From assembly GCA_951406725.2 (NCBI GenBank), contig OX597822.1, positions 96,844,001-96,908,000 on the forward strand: DNA of 64,000 nt, given 5' to 3'. The translations under genes and the position numbers were made by a program. The stretch comes from Octopus vulgaris (Eukaryota). Under the pieces are notes generated by a model that saw only the letters and a list, made by a program, of their open reading frames with translations, was not told where the DNA came from and searched no databases. This document shows, piece after piece, positions 11,278-23,100 of this stretch. Every line of letters begins with the position of its first letter. Within the stretch, counting starts at the first letter, position 1.

Positions 11278-12570
11278 GATTTGAGATACATTTGGCTGCT
11301 ATTTATAGCCTGTCGAGCTCTTCACAGGGAGGCTTTCTTAGCCTGTATATATCCTCCGTTGGAGGCGCAATGGCCCAGTGGTTAGGGCAGCGGACTCGCG
11401 GTCATAGGATCGCGGTTTCGATTCCCAGACCGGGCGTTGTGAGTGTTTATTGAGCGAAAACACCTAAAGCTCCACGAGGCTCTGGCAGGGGATGGTGGTG
11501 ATCCCTGCTGTACTCTTTCACCACAACTTTCTCTCACTCTTACTTCCTGTTTCTGTTGTACCTGTATTTCAAAGGGCCGGCCTTGTCACTCTCTGTGTCA
11601 CGCTGAATATCCCCGAGAACTATGTTAAGGGTACACGTGTCTGTGGAGTGCTCAGCTACTTACACGTTAATTTCACAAGCAGGCTGTTCCGTTGATTCGG
11701 ATCAACCGGAACTCTCGTTGTCGTAACCGACGGAGTGCTTCCATATATCCTCCAGTGCATACTTCTTTTTTATTACAACAGCAGGATATCATTTGAGATT
11801 TGAGGATATGATTTGCCTGTTATTTATAGCCAATCAAGCTTTTCACAGAGAAGCTCTCTTAGCTTGTGCATATCCTCCAGTACATACCTCCTGTTTATTA
11901 GGACTGCAGGATATGATCTGGGATATGATTTGCCTGCTATTTATAGCCAGTCAAGCTTTTCACAGAGAGGCTCTCTTAGCTTGTGCATATCCTCCACTGC
12001 ATACTTCCTGTTTATTAGGACTGCAGGATATGATCTGGGATAGGTTTGGTTGCTATTTGTGGCCAGTCAAGCTTTTCACAGAGAAGCTCTCTTAGCTTGT
12101 ACATATCATCCACTGCATACTTCCTGTTTATTAGGACTGCAGGATATGATCTGAGATGGGTTTGGTTGCTATTTTTGGCCAATCAAGCTTTTCACAGAGA
12201 AGCTCTCTTAGCTTGTGCATATCCTCCAGTACATACTTCCTGTTTATTAGGACTGCAGGATATGATCTGGGATAGGTTTGGCTGCTATTTGTAGCCAGTC
12301 AAGCTTTTCACGGAGAGGCTCTCTTAGCTTGTGCATATCCTCCAGTGAATACTTTCCTGTTTATTAGGACTGCAGGATATGATCTGGGATAGGTTTGGCT
12401 GCTATTTGTGGCCAGTCAAGCTTTTCACGGAGAGGCTCTCTTAGCTTGTGCATATCCTCCAGTGAATACTTCCTGTTTATTAGGACTGCAGGATATGATC
12501 TGGGATAGGTTTGGCTGCTATTTGTGGCCAGTCAAGCTTTTCACAGAGAGGCTCTCTTAGCTTGCACATA
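11278..12570. repeat. 116-117 bp minisatellite (about 8 units); first unit interrupted by SINE-D
   Basis: Unit starts (gatctg) at 11915, 12032, 12148, 12264, 12381 and 12497. Confidence 0.95.
11361..11742 (+). mobile_element. tRNA-derived SINE-D
   Basis: A and B boxes; TSD atatatcctcc; near-identical to 19531-19897. Confidence 0.9.
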
Positions 12571-13291
12571 TTGTGGTAAAGCCAATGGATGACACTCACT
12601 TGTTTCTAGGTGACTAGAAGTTCTGTCAACAGTTGCTGGGGAGTTTTAGGTAAGGTATGCTTTCAAGAAGAACAGCTCACCTATTTCATGTACTGACCTG
12701 GTCCTTGTGAATCCGAAGCCATTCTGTTTGTTGTAAAGTGTCTCCACCCAACCACCCCACTTACCAACGCAACAATTTTGTTTCTTCGCGTAATTAAAGA
12801 GGTTTTGCTAATAACCATGTTTTGAATTCAGCATGTGTCAGCTAGCATACAGACTGTTCTGTGTACCACCTTCTACACCCCTACCCATAGTGTATCCATG
12901 TTGTTTATACATTTGTGTATGTGTGTGTGTGTGGTGTTTGTGTATGTGCAATATACATACACACATTATGTATATATAGATATATTGTATGGTGTGTGTG
13001 TGAATATATATATACATACATACATACATACACACATGTATACATACATACATACATAAAAATATATACTTTGTACCCTCAGTCACTATTAATGGTATTG
13101 GAATTTTTCCTTTTTGATTTTATACTGTATCTAACCACCTTCATTATTTTATAATCTATATATATATATATATATATATATACTCCGTGTTCTTTCTGTT
13201 GTGAGTTTGCTACCCAGGTATCGGTTATCTTTCGAATTATCCGTAATAAGATAATTCATTTATCTACTTATATATATATATATATATATAT

Positions 13292-13500
13292 AAAGTTAAT
13301 CCAAACAAGAAAGCACAAAAAAACAACAACAACACGAGGACGTGGAACAAATATAGTATTATTGGACGCTCAGGAAAGAACGTTTCGAGGGGAGCTCTTT
13401 GTCGGAAACATAGGAGAAGGAAAGATCCAGAGAAGGTATTTCTTTATTACAGTATTGCAATAAAGAATAAATAAGAAGGGAAGACAGAGGAAAAAATGGT
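13292..13500 (-). mobile_element. Penelope-like hammerhead element (decayed) between (TA)n tracts
   Basis: Reverse-complement homolog of 53660-53830; degenerate core at 13379-13409. Confidence 0.65.
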
Positions 13501-13501
13501 G

Positions 13502-13542
<41 letters not shown>

Positions 13543-13810
13543 TGGAAAATTCAGAGGAAGAGTCCACATGATGGTAAATATAAAATGAGATTTTTGCGGT
13601 ATTTCGTCCGCCGCTGTGTTCTGAGTTCAAATTCCGCCGAGGTCGACTTTGCCTTTCATCTTTTCGAGGTTACGCACTGGGGTTGATGTAATCAACTTAA
13701 TTCGTTTGTTTGTCCTTGTTTGTCCCCTCTGTGTTTAGCCCCTTGTGGGTAGTAAAGAAATATATATATTTATTTATATATATATACATATACATATATA
13801 TATATATATA

Positions 13811-14319
13811 CTAGCAGTATCGCCCGGCGTTGCTCGGGTTTGTAAGGGAAATAACTATATAAGCATTTTTAGAGAGTTACTTCCCTTATAGATGCCAATT
13901 CGGGCTTTCTTAGCCATTTCTGTTTTGGTGTCTTCAAGCCATGAAGTCGTTGTTCTAAAAGAACGCTGGTCTCCTTGACAACGCTTTACGACGTTGATTT
14001 CCTTACACTCCCTTCCCCACAGCTTCACGAGGGAGGGAAGAAGGGGAGAAGCAAACAGGTGCAGGTGTGACCATGGACGGCAACTCCGCCGCCATCGACA
14101 CACGAAAAATTATGCATTAAAATGGAATAAAAAATGTTAAATTATTTTTAAAATCGTAGACTCATCGTAGACGCGCGCTAATACCCAGACGAGCTCGATA
14201 TGAATCACGACTATAAGATACCCGAGTTTGGTTAAACTGCACCGCAAAATGTGGGAGTAGTTAGGAATCTAAATCGAAGGGGACAGACACTCACACAACT
14301 ACAGTTTTATATATAAAGA
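13811..14319 (-). mobile_element. Non-autonomous Helitron, copy 1 of a tandem pair
   Basis: Minus strand TC...cccgagcaacgccgggcgatactgCTAG, embedded in (TA)n. Confidence 0.85.
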
Positions 14320-14331
14320 TATATATATATA

Positions 14332-14831
14332 CTAGCAGTATCGCCCGGCGTTGCTCGGGTTTGTAAGGGAAATAACTATATAAGCATTTTTAGAGAGTTA
14401 CTTCCCTTAGAAATTCGGGCTTTCTTAGCCATTTTTGTTTTGGTGTCTTCAAGCCATGAAGTCGTTGTTCTAAAAGAACGCTGGTTTCCTTCACAACGCA
14501 TTACGACGTTGATTTCTTTACACTCCCTTCCCCACGGCTTCACGAGGGAGGGAAGGGGGAGAAGCAAACAGGTGCAGTTGTGAGCGTGGACGCCAACTCC
14601 GCCGCCATCGACATACGATGCATTTCATGCATTAAAATGGAATAAAAAATGATGTTAAATTATTTTTAAAATCGTAGACTCATCGTTGACGCGCGCTAAT
14701 ACCCAGATGGGCTCGATATGAATCACGACTATAAGATACCCGAGTTTGGTTAAACTGCACCGCAAAATGTGGGAGTAGTTAGGAATCTAAATCGAAGGGG
14801 ACAGACACTCACACAACTACAGTTTTATATA
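14332..14831 (-). mobile_element. Non-autonomous Helitron, copy 2; 5' tip abuts the RTE tail
   Basis: Highly similar to 13811-14319. Confidence 0.85.
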
Positions 14832-16896
14832 TCATCATCATCATCATCATCATCGTTTAACGTCCGCTTTCCATGCTAGCATGGGTTGGACGGTTCAACT
14901 GGGGTCTGGGAAGCCCGAAGGCTGCACCAGGCCAGTCAGATGTGGCAGTGTTTCTACAGCTGGATGCCCTTCCTAACGCCAACCACTCCGAGAGTGTAGT
15001 GGGTGATTTTATGTGCCACCGACACAGGTGCCAGACGAGGCTGGCAGACGGCCACGCTCGGATGGTGTTTTTTATGTGCCACCGACACAGGTGCCAGACG
15101 AGGCTGGCAGACGGCCACGCTCGGATGGTGTTTTCTTATGTGTCACCGACACAGGTGCCAGACGAGGCTGGCGGACGGCCACGCTCGGATGGTGTTTGTT
15201 ACGTGCCCTCAGCACGGAGGCCAGTCATTGCGGTACTAGCTACGGTCACGTTCGGATGGTTTTCTTATGTGCCACCGGCACTGGTACCACAAGGATACAA
15301 ATTCCATTGATGTTCATCTATTTTGATTTGGTTCGATACGATTCGATTCTCACTTGCCTCAACAGGTCTTCACAAGTGTCACAAGAAGGAAGGTATGCAC
15401 AGGTGGACTGACTACGTCCCAGGTAGGGGCCACGGATTATGGCTTCACTAGTCTTGCCGGGTCTTCTCACGCACAGCATACTTCCATAGGTCTCGGTCTC
15501 TAGTCATTTCCATGGTGAGACCTAACGTCCGAAGGTCGTGCTTCACCACCTCGTCCCAGGTTTTCCTGGGTCTACCTCTTCCACGGGTTCCCTCAACTGC
15601 TAGGGATTGGCACTTTCTCACACACCTATCTTCATCCATTCTCGCCACATGACCATACCAGCGCAATCGTCTCTCTTGCACACAACAACTGATGCTTCTT
15701 AGGTACAACATTTCTCTCAAGGTACTAACGCTCTGTCGAGTAAGTACACTGACATTACACATCCATCGGAGCATACTGGCTTCGTTCCTCACGAGCTTAC
15801 GCATGTCCTCAGCAGTCACGGCCCATGTTTCACTGCCATGTAGCATAGCTGTTCGTACACATGCATCATACAGTCTGCCTTTTACTCTGAGCGAGAGGCC
15901 TTTAGTCACCAGCAGAGGTAAGAGCTCCCTAAACTTTGCCCAGGCTATTCTTATTCTAGCAGTTACACTTTCAGCGCACCCACCCCCACTACTGACTTGG
16001 TCACCTAGATAGCGGAAGCTATCAACTACTTCTAGTTTTTCCCCCGGAAAGTGACAGAAGTTGTTTTCTGCAGATTTTCGGAGGTCAATGCTCCAGAGCA
16101 CCTGCCACATACAAAAACTATCTTCCCAGTTAGCCTACCTTTGACATTGCTGCACCTCTTATGTGTCCATAGCTTACACTGGGTACATCTTATAGAGTTT
16201 CTACCTACACCTTTTCTACAGATCGAGCAGGGCCATCTTCCTGAGGATATTTGTGGGTTTTCTACCTTTCTACTTATTAGTACTTTGGTTTTAGCTAGGT
16301 TGACTCTAAGGCCCCTCGATTCTAAACCCTCCTTCCACACCTGGAACTTCTCCTCCAGTTCTGATAGTGACTCAGCGATTAGAGCGAGGTCGTCAGCATA
16401 GAGGAGCTCCCAGGGGCAACCTGTCTTGAATTCCTCCGTTATTGCCTGGAGGACTATGATAAATAGGAGGGGCTGAGTACTGAACCCTGGTGGACCCCAA
16501 CCTCTACTTTGAATTCTTCTGTGTACATGTTGCCAACTCTAACCTTACTTACGGCATCTCTGTACATGGCTTGCACAGCCCTCACCAGCCATTCATCTAT
16601 CCCTAGTTTCCTCATTGACCACCAGATGAGGGATCGGGGACCCTATCAAAGGCTTTCTCCATGTCAACGAAAGCCAGGTACAGGGGCTTATCCTTGGCTA
16701 GGTATTTCTCCTGCAGCTGCCTTACCAGGAATATAGCATCAGTGGTGCTTTTCCCTGGGACAAACCCAAACTGCATCTCATCTAAACTAACTCTCTCTCT
16801 AATTAGTTGGGCTATGACCCTCTCCGTAACCTTCATTACCTGATCCAACAGCTTGATACCTCTGTAATTATTTGTATCCAGGGCATCACCTTTACC
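14832..16896 (-). mobile_element. 5'-truncated RTE-clade LINE (frameshifted reverse transcriptase, 3' UTR and (GAT)n tail)
   Basis: QFGFVPGKSTTDAIF, AFVDMEKAFDRV, LLYADD (16389-16400), FRYLG and RRLRWYGHVARM...RGRGRPRKTW motifs in shifted frames. 3' UTR has 63-64 bp tandem units and ends in (GAT)n. Confidence 0.95.
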
Positions 16897-17104
16897 TATG
16901 TCAATAATAATAAGGGTAAAATTAATTAATTTGTAATTAATAATTTTACCAAGCCTACATGAATTGTTTTTGAGTATACATTGTCTGGGAGACTCTTCTT
17001 ATAGTAGAGGAAAAAGCTAAATTCTTTGGCTGCTATTTCTAAAAGTTCAGTGTGTGGTAAAGTAAAATTTTTTTGCTGAACCCTAATTATACAAAGTAAT
17101 GTTA

Positions 17105-17410
17105 TCATCATCATCATTTAGCGTCCGTTTTCCATGCTAGCATGGGTTGGACGGTTTAACTGGGGTCTGTGAAGCCGGAAGGCTTCATCAGGCCCAGTCA
17201 GATTTGGCAGTGTTTCTACGGCTGGATGCCCTTCCTAACGCCAACCACTCTGTGAGTGTAGTGGGTGCTTTTTACGTGCCACCTGCACAGGTGCCAGACA
17301 GAGCTGGCAAACGGCCACGAACGGATGGTGTTTTTACGTGCCACCAGCACGGGGGCCGGGCAAGGCTGGCAACGGACACGAACGGATGGTGCTTTTACGT
17401 GCTACCGGCA
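17105..17410 (-). mobile_element. RTE 3'-tail copy
   Basis: Same tail consensus as 14832. Confidence 0.85.
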
Positions 17411-17425
17411 TATATATATATATAT

Positions 17426-17740
17426 TGGAAATTAATTGTTATCGCCATATTAATATGGCATTCTTATAATATAAGAATAATCGCTGCCGCTGGTCAGCTC
17501 TATGAGGCCACCGCCTTAAGATAAAACTAAACCCAACAACAAAACACTACCACCACCACTAACAAACAACAATAACAACACTATTATCACAATCACCACC
17601 ATCACCAACAAATAACCATGTCACAACCGCCAACACTACTAGAATCACCACAACCACCACCAATGGAGCTGACCAGCGGCAGCGATTATTCTTATATTAT
17701 AAGAATGCCATATTAATATGGCGATAACAATTAATTTCCA
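17426..17740. repeat. 75 bp perfect inverted repeats enclosing an inverted copy of neighbouring DNA
   Basis: 17426-17500 equals the reverse complement of 17666-17740; interior 17522-17664 matches the reverse complement of about 17952-18105. Confidence 0.92.
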
Positions 17741-17791
17741 GTAAACGCTGTCGTAATCTCTTTTATAGAGACTTAGTAATTTTAATATTTC

Positions 17792-17842
<51 letters not shown>

Positions 17843-18120
17843 GTGTTGTAACTTCTGTGTCCTGTTGGTAACCAGTTCCTAATTCCCACATTAAGTCACT
17901 GCTTCCCCACTGCCGGCTCCTCTTAGATCTGAGATTGTACTTGGGTATAAAATTGGTGGTGGTTGTGGTGATTCTAGTAGTGTTGGCAGTTGTGACATGG
18001 TTATTTGTTGGTGATGGTGGTGATTGTGATAATAGTGTTGTTATTGTTGTTGTTGTTGTTGTTAGTGGTGGTGGTGGTAGTGTTTTGTTGTTGGGTTTAG
18101 TTTTAGTTACAGTAGTTTTT

Positions 18121-18189
<69 letters not shown>

Positions 18190-18190
18190 A

Positions 18191-18226
<36 letters not shown>

Positions 18227-18797
18227 CTGTAGTGGTGGTAGTAGTAGTAGTAGTGTTATTGGTGTGTGTGGTGTGGTGTTATGGTTGTTGTTTAACCCTC
18301 GGTCAACCTTCATCCCATAGGATTATGCTCAAAAGTAATCCAAACATGAAATCCTATATTTTTTTTGTATATCTAGGACTATATTTGTTTAGTGTGCCCT
18401 TCTACTTTTTGATGCAGTAACATATAATTTGAGCAATATTTGGCTGCTATTTTTAGACATTTCAAAGTGCACAGTATTACCTACTCTATGACAAATATTA
18501 CAATACATCTATGAATCACAGATAGGTATTTGACAGAGACTGTGTGCCACATTAGGTATGTCTGATCAGTCCTAACTTTGCCTTCATGACCATAACCTCT
18601 TTGGAAGGAGGAGGAGGAGGCTTCTAAGTTGTAATTTGATCTGCTAGAAATAGCAGCTAAATTTTAAATCAAACCCTGTTGTCTTAAACAAGGTAGAATA
18701 CATACCACTATGTTTTCATTATTGAAACATTATTTAAATATAAAACTTAAGTGAATGTTGCATGAAACATTACATTTCGTATAAATAAAATTCACTA

Positions 18798-18968
18798 GGT
18801 GTAGGAGTGGCTGTGTGGTAAGAAGCTTGTTTACGAACCACATGGTTCTGGGTTCAGTCCCACTGTGTGGCATCTTGGGCAAGTGTCTTATACTATAGCC
18901 TCGGGTCGACCAAAGCCTTGTGAGTGGATTTTGTAGACGGAAACTGAAAGAACCCCCTTGTATATATG

Positions 18969-19005
<37 letters not shown>

Positions 19006-19048
19006 CAAAATTAGAAAATGGAGAAACATACTTAAATCAATAAAACAT

Positions 19049-19091
<43 letters not shown>

Positions 19092-19290
19092 ATATGTTTG
19101 TGTGTCTGTATTTGTCCCTCCAACATCGCTTGACAACTGATGCTGGTGTGTTTATGTCGCTGTAACTTAGCGGTTTGGCAAAAGAGGCCGATAAAATAAG
19201 TTCTAGTCTTACAAAGAATAAGTCTTGGGGTCGATTTGCTCGACTAAAAAGGTGGTGTTCCAGCATGGCCACAGTCAAATGACTAAAACA
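18798..19290 (+). mobile_element. SINE-B
   Basis: Consensus match with an expanded internal microsatellite. Confidence 0.9.
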
Positions 19291-19530
19291 AGTAAAAGAG
19301 TAAAGAGTATTGCAAAAGACTGGAAATTTTATCCATACAAATTATATTTAGATATATCCTAAATTTTATGACCCATGACTGTAGAAAGCAGTTTCGTTGA
19401 GATTTTATCTTTGAGACTATTTTTCATTGTGAAATATCAAGTTTTTTGAGGCAATGACTTGCAGAAAATATCACTTCTATATTTTGGCAAATATTTAATG
19501 AACATCATTAGTGGAATACTGAAGGTGCAG

Positions 19531-19897
19531 TGGAGTCGCAATAGCCCAGTGGTTAGGGCAGCGGACTCGCGGTTTCGATTCCCAGACCGGGCGTTGTGAG
19601 TGTTTATTGACGAAAACACCTAAAGCCCCACGAGGCTCCGGCTGGGATAGTGGTGATCCCTGCTGTACTCTTTCACCACAACTTTCTCTCACTCTTACTT
19701 CCTGTTTCTGTTGTACCTGTATTTCAAGGGGCCGGCCTTGTCACTTTCTGTGTCACGCTGAATATCCCCGAGAACTACGTTAAAGGTGCACGTGCCTGTG
19801 GAGTACTCAGCCACTTACATGTTAATTTCACGAGCAGGCTGTTCCGTTGATTCGGATCAACCGGAACCCTCATCGTCGTAACCGACAGAGTGCTTCC
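19531..19897 (+). mobile_element. tRNA-derived SINE-D inserted at the head of an older SINE
   Basis: TSD actgaaggtgca. Confidence 0.9.
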
Positions 19898-19904
19898 ATC
19901 CACT

Positions 19905-20235
19905 GAAGGTGCATGGTTCAGTGGTTAGAGCGACATGCTCACAATCATGAGGTGGTGAGTTTGATTCCTGAACCGGGCTCTGTGTTGTATTCTTGAGCAA
20001 GACACTTTATTTCACATTGCTCCAGTTCACTCGTGTGTGAAACTGATTTGTGATATTACTAATGCCAAGCTGTATTGGCTTTTGCGTTTCCCTTGGATAA
20101 CATTGATGGTATGGAGAGAGTAGGCTAGTATGCATGGGTGACTGCTGGTCTCCCATAAGCAACACCTTGCCTGGACTTGTACCTCAGAGGGTAGCTTTCT
20201 AGGTGCAATCCCATGGTTATTCATGACTGAAGGGG
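19905..20235 (+). mobile_element. Older tRNA-derived SINE-E
   Basis: tggttcagtggttagag A box, gtttgattcc B box, cttgagcaagacacttt core. Confidence 0.7.
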
Positions 20236-20239
20236 ATAC

Positions 20240-20638
20240 TCTCTTTTACTTGTTTCAGTAATTTGACTGCGGCCATGCTGGAGCACCGCCTTTAATCAAG
20301 CAACTCGACCCCGGGACTTATTCTTTTGTAAGCCCAGTACTTATTCTATCGGTCTCTTTTGCAGAACCGCTAAGTAACGGGGACATAAACACACCAGCAT
20401 CGGTTGTCAAGCAATGCTAGGGGGACAAACACACACACGCATATATATATATATATATATATACATATATATATGACGGGCTTCTTTCAGTTTCCGTCTA
20501 CCAAATCCACTCACAAGGATTTGATCGGCCCGAGGCTATAGTAGAAGACACTTGTCCAAGGTGCCACGCAGTGGGACTGAACCCGGAACCATGTGGTTGG
20601 TAAGCAAGCTACTTACCACACAGCCACTCCTGCACCTA
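20240..20638 (-). mobile_element. SINE-B
   Basis: Consensus match. Confidence 0.9.
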
Positions 20639-20669
20639 TGGTATATATATATATATATATATATATATA

Positions 20670-20835
20670 CCGGAGTAAGCACATAAATGTGAAACAAGGT
20701 GGAAAAAAGAGTACTCAAATACCAGGGGTAGAGTAATATGCTTTATTTATAAGCAGCAGAAAATTCAATAAAACCTGTTACTCTGAGTTTCATGTTCCCG
20801 TTCGTTGGACAGTTTTTGCTAGCAAAATAAAGTGT
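20670..20835 (-). mobile_element. Penelope-like element with a second hammerhead variant, between (TA)n tracts
   Basis: Minus 20775-20812: CUGU-CcaACGA-ACG(GGAA)CaU-GAAA-CUC(A)GAG-UA-ACAG. Confidence 0.55.
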
Positions 20836-21229
20836 ATATATATATATATATAGATAGATAGATAGACATTGGGTGCTGTATGTGTCTGTCAGTCTGGCAG
20901 CCATGGTACACTTTGGGGCTGGTGGGCTTGAACTTTACTGAAGCTGCTAACTGTTCTTCTTGTATATGCATGTTGTGGTGATGATAGCAGTAATAGTCAT
21001 CATTTGATGACGTTACAGTACACTACATACATACAACAACTAGTTACCCTATCTGTTTATGCATCCATCCGTCTCTCTCTTTCTCTTATGTAATCGTTAG
21101 CAGGCCTGTACACACACACACAACCAACAACTTTGTTCTAAAGAAGCTTGCGTATAACTAATATATAAGGAAACAGAAATTGACAATTGAATTGTTTGTG
21201 TGTATGTGTGTGGTAATGTCACTCTAGAT

Positions 21230-21431
21230 CAGTGCTTTTCAAATATTTTGCTAGAGCGGAACCCCAAGGAAGCATTCCACTGGCTCGAGGAACCCCTGTA
21301 CAATAATTTAATAGTCTTATGCACACATATCTGCACAGAAGAATTAAAAAATTACTGCCGATTTTAGCAGTTTTGTAACTTCTTGCGGAACCCCTGGACT
21401 GTACTGGCGGAACCCTGGTTGAAAACCACTG
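21230..21431. mobile_element. hAT (Charlie-like) MITE 1
   Basis: TIRs cagtgcttttcaa / ttgaaaaccactg; 8 bp TSD CTCTAGAT. Confidence 0.9.
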
Positions 21432-21439
21432 CTCTAGAT

Positions 21440-21671
21440 CATTGATTCCCAATATTGGGGCAAACCCTGCCACCAATGGAGCTTGGGAAAATTGTGGTGG
21501 GATGTGGGATAATTTTTTTTTTTTTTTTTTTGTAAGGGACATGGAATTGTGAATATCTTTTTTACACAGCAAACACTACACCTATACTTTTTTTTCCAAC
21601 CACCAGTTGGGGCATACATTTTTCTGGGAAGTTATAGCAGGGGCCTGGCAGAAAACAGTTGGGGAACACTG
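21440..21671. mobile_element. hAT (Charlie-like) MITE 2
   Basis: TIRs cattgattcccaa / ttggggaacactg; same 8 bp TSD CTCTAGAT. Confidence 0.8.
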
Positions 21672-21924
21672 CTCTAGATATACATACCAACATTATATTA
21701 TTTACTATACATTGGTTCATCGTGTCGGTTAACACCTCTCATTTACAATGTCTCTATTTAAGCGCTAAAAATATCCAAGTGGTGATGGTGGGAGCAGTGG
21801 CAGTAGACACTGTGTGCTTACTCTCAAGAAGCCAAGTTACAATAAACGAAGGACTCTGGGGAGAAATTAACAGATTTTAATGCGAGGAACAGGGCTCTCA
21901 CATAGCCTAAGACTCAGTTTTTTT

Positions 21925-22613
21925 TAGCGGTGTCATATGAAATTGTCACCCATAATTATGACCCGAGTATCAATCTATTTTACATTTAGGGTTAGTTAGG
22001 GTTAGGGGTGAGGAAAGGGTATCTTTTTTTCTTCACAAATGTAATCTGTTTCTTAAACAAGGGACATATTCATGCGGCACAGAATGTCTTTTTTACCTTA
22101 ATACACGTCAGTGATTGGTTGAAATTGCAGAAATTGAAGAAAAAAACAACATCTTACAAACTATAGAATTTTCTCAATAAAGCCAAGAGAAAAAGATGTT
22201 TTATAAACAAACACATTCTACCTGTATACGAAGTTTAACATTTTTTTAGTTACCTAGTAATTATGTTAAAAACTGCCGTTCAAACCGAAAAGATCCATAC
22301 GGACAAATGTTAAGTCCATTTCTTTGGTGAGTGCGATTCTGATTCCTAGAGAATAGAATTCTCTCACTCTCCCCCTCTCTCTGATTATTAGACAACTATT
22401 ACTATGTCATCTCAATGGACGGTCAGTGATTGGTTAAAATTGCCGAAATACAAGAAATTAAAGACAAAATATGTTACAAACTATAGAATTTTCTCAATAA
22501 AGCCAAGAGAAAATGATGTTTTATAAACACATTCTACCAGTATACGAAGTTTAAAATTATTTTAGTTTACCTAGAAATTTTGTTAAAAACTGCCGTTCAA
22601 ACCGAAAAGATCC
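21925..22613. repeat. Unclassified dispersed repeat (two partial copies; a third at about 63780-63975) with a TTAGGG-like patch
   Basis: cagtgattggttgaaattg...cacattctacc.gtatacgaagttt...aaccgaaaagatcc repeated at 22109, 22423 and 63785. Confidence 0.65.
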
Positions 22614-22659
22614 CAGATAGGTGATTCATTAACACAACCTTGTTATTATTATTAAAGTG

Positions 22660-23100
22660 TCTTTTATCGTGTGCTTTCACTGTCCTACTGAGCGCAGCTC
22701 TGTGTTCCTTGGGTATGTGCTGTGGCTTGTTTCGGTGGTTTTATTTTCACTGTATTGAAAGTACTTAACATAGGATGTGTACAGTGCCTAGCTGTGCTAT
22801 TTTCAGTAGGTTTTCTATATTCATAAGTCCTGATGTTTTAGTTATGTATTTGTATGGTATTTTAATCAATCTCAATGTGCCTGTTATAGGAATTGTTTCT
22901 GTTTCCAGGTTTCAGTTTATCTCTATTTCCAGTTCTTTGTATTTTGAGGGTTTCTCCTCCGTTTCTTTTAGAAACACATTGTCATCTTTTGGGATAATTA
23001 TGTTAATTAATTGGTACTTTTTTCTTGAGCGTATCTGGTAACTATATCAGGTCTGTTAGCCTTGATCTCTGTACCTGTGTGTATTGACATATCCCATTTT
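22660..23100 (-). mobile_element. Degraded R4/Dong-like (restriction-like endonuclease) LINE C-terminus
   Basis: Minus strand WDMSIHTGTEIKANRPDIV...KYKELEIEI...KIAQLGTVHIL with stops. Confidence 0.7.

Noticed and set aside
17935-18420. 161 aa poly-Val membrane-like ORF
   Set aside because: (GTA/GTG)n low complexity.
21985-22010. Interstitial telomere (TTAGGG)
   Set aside because: Only about three imperfect units inside a dispersed repeat.
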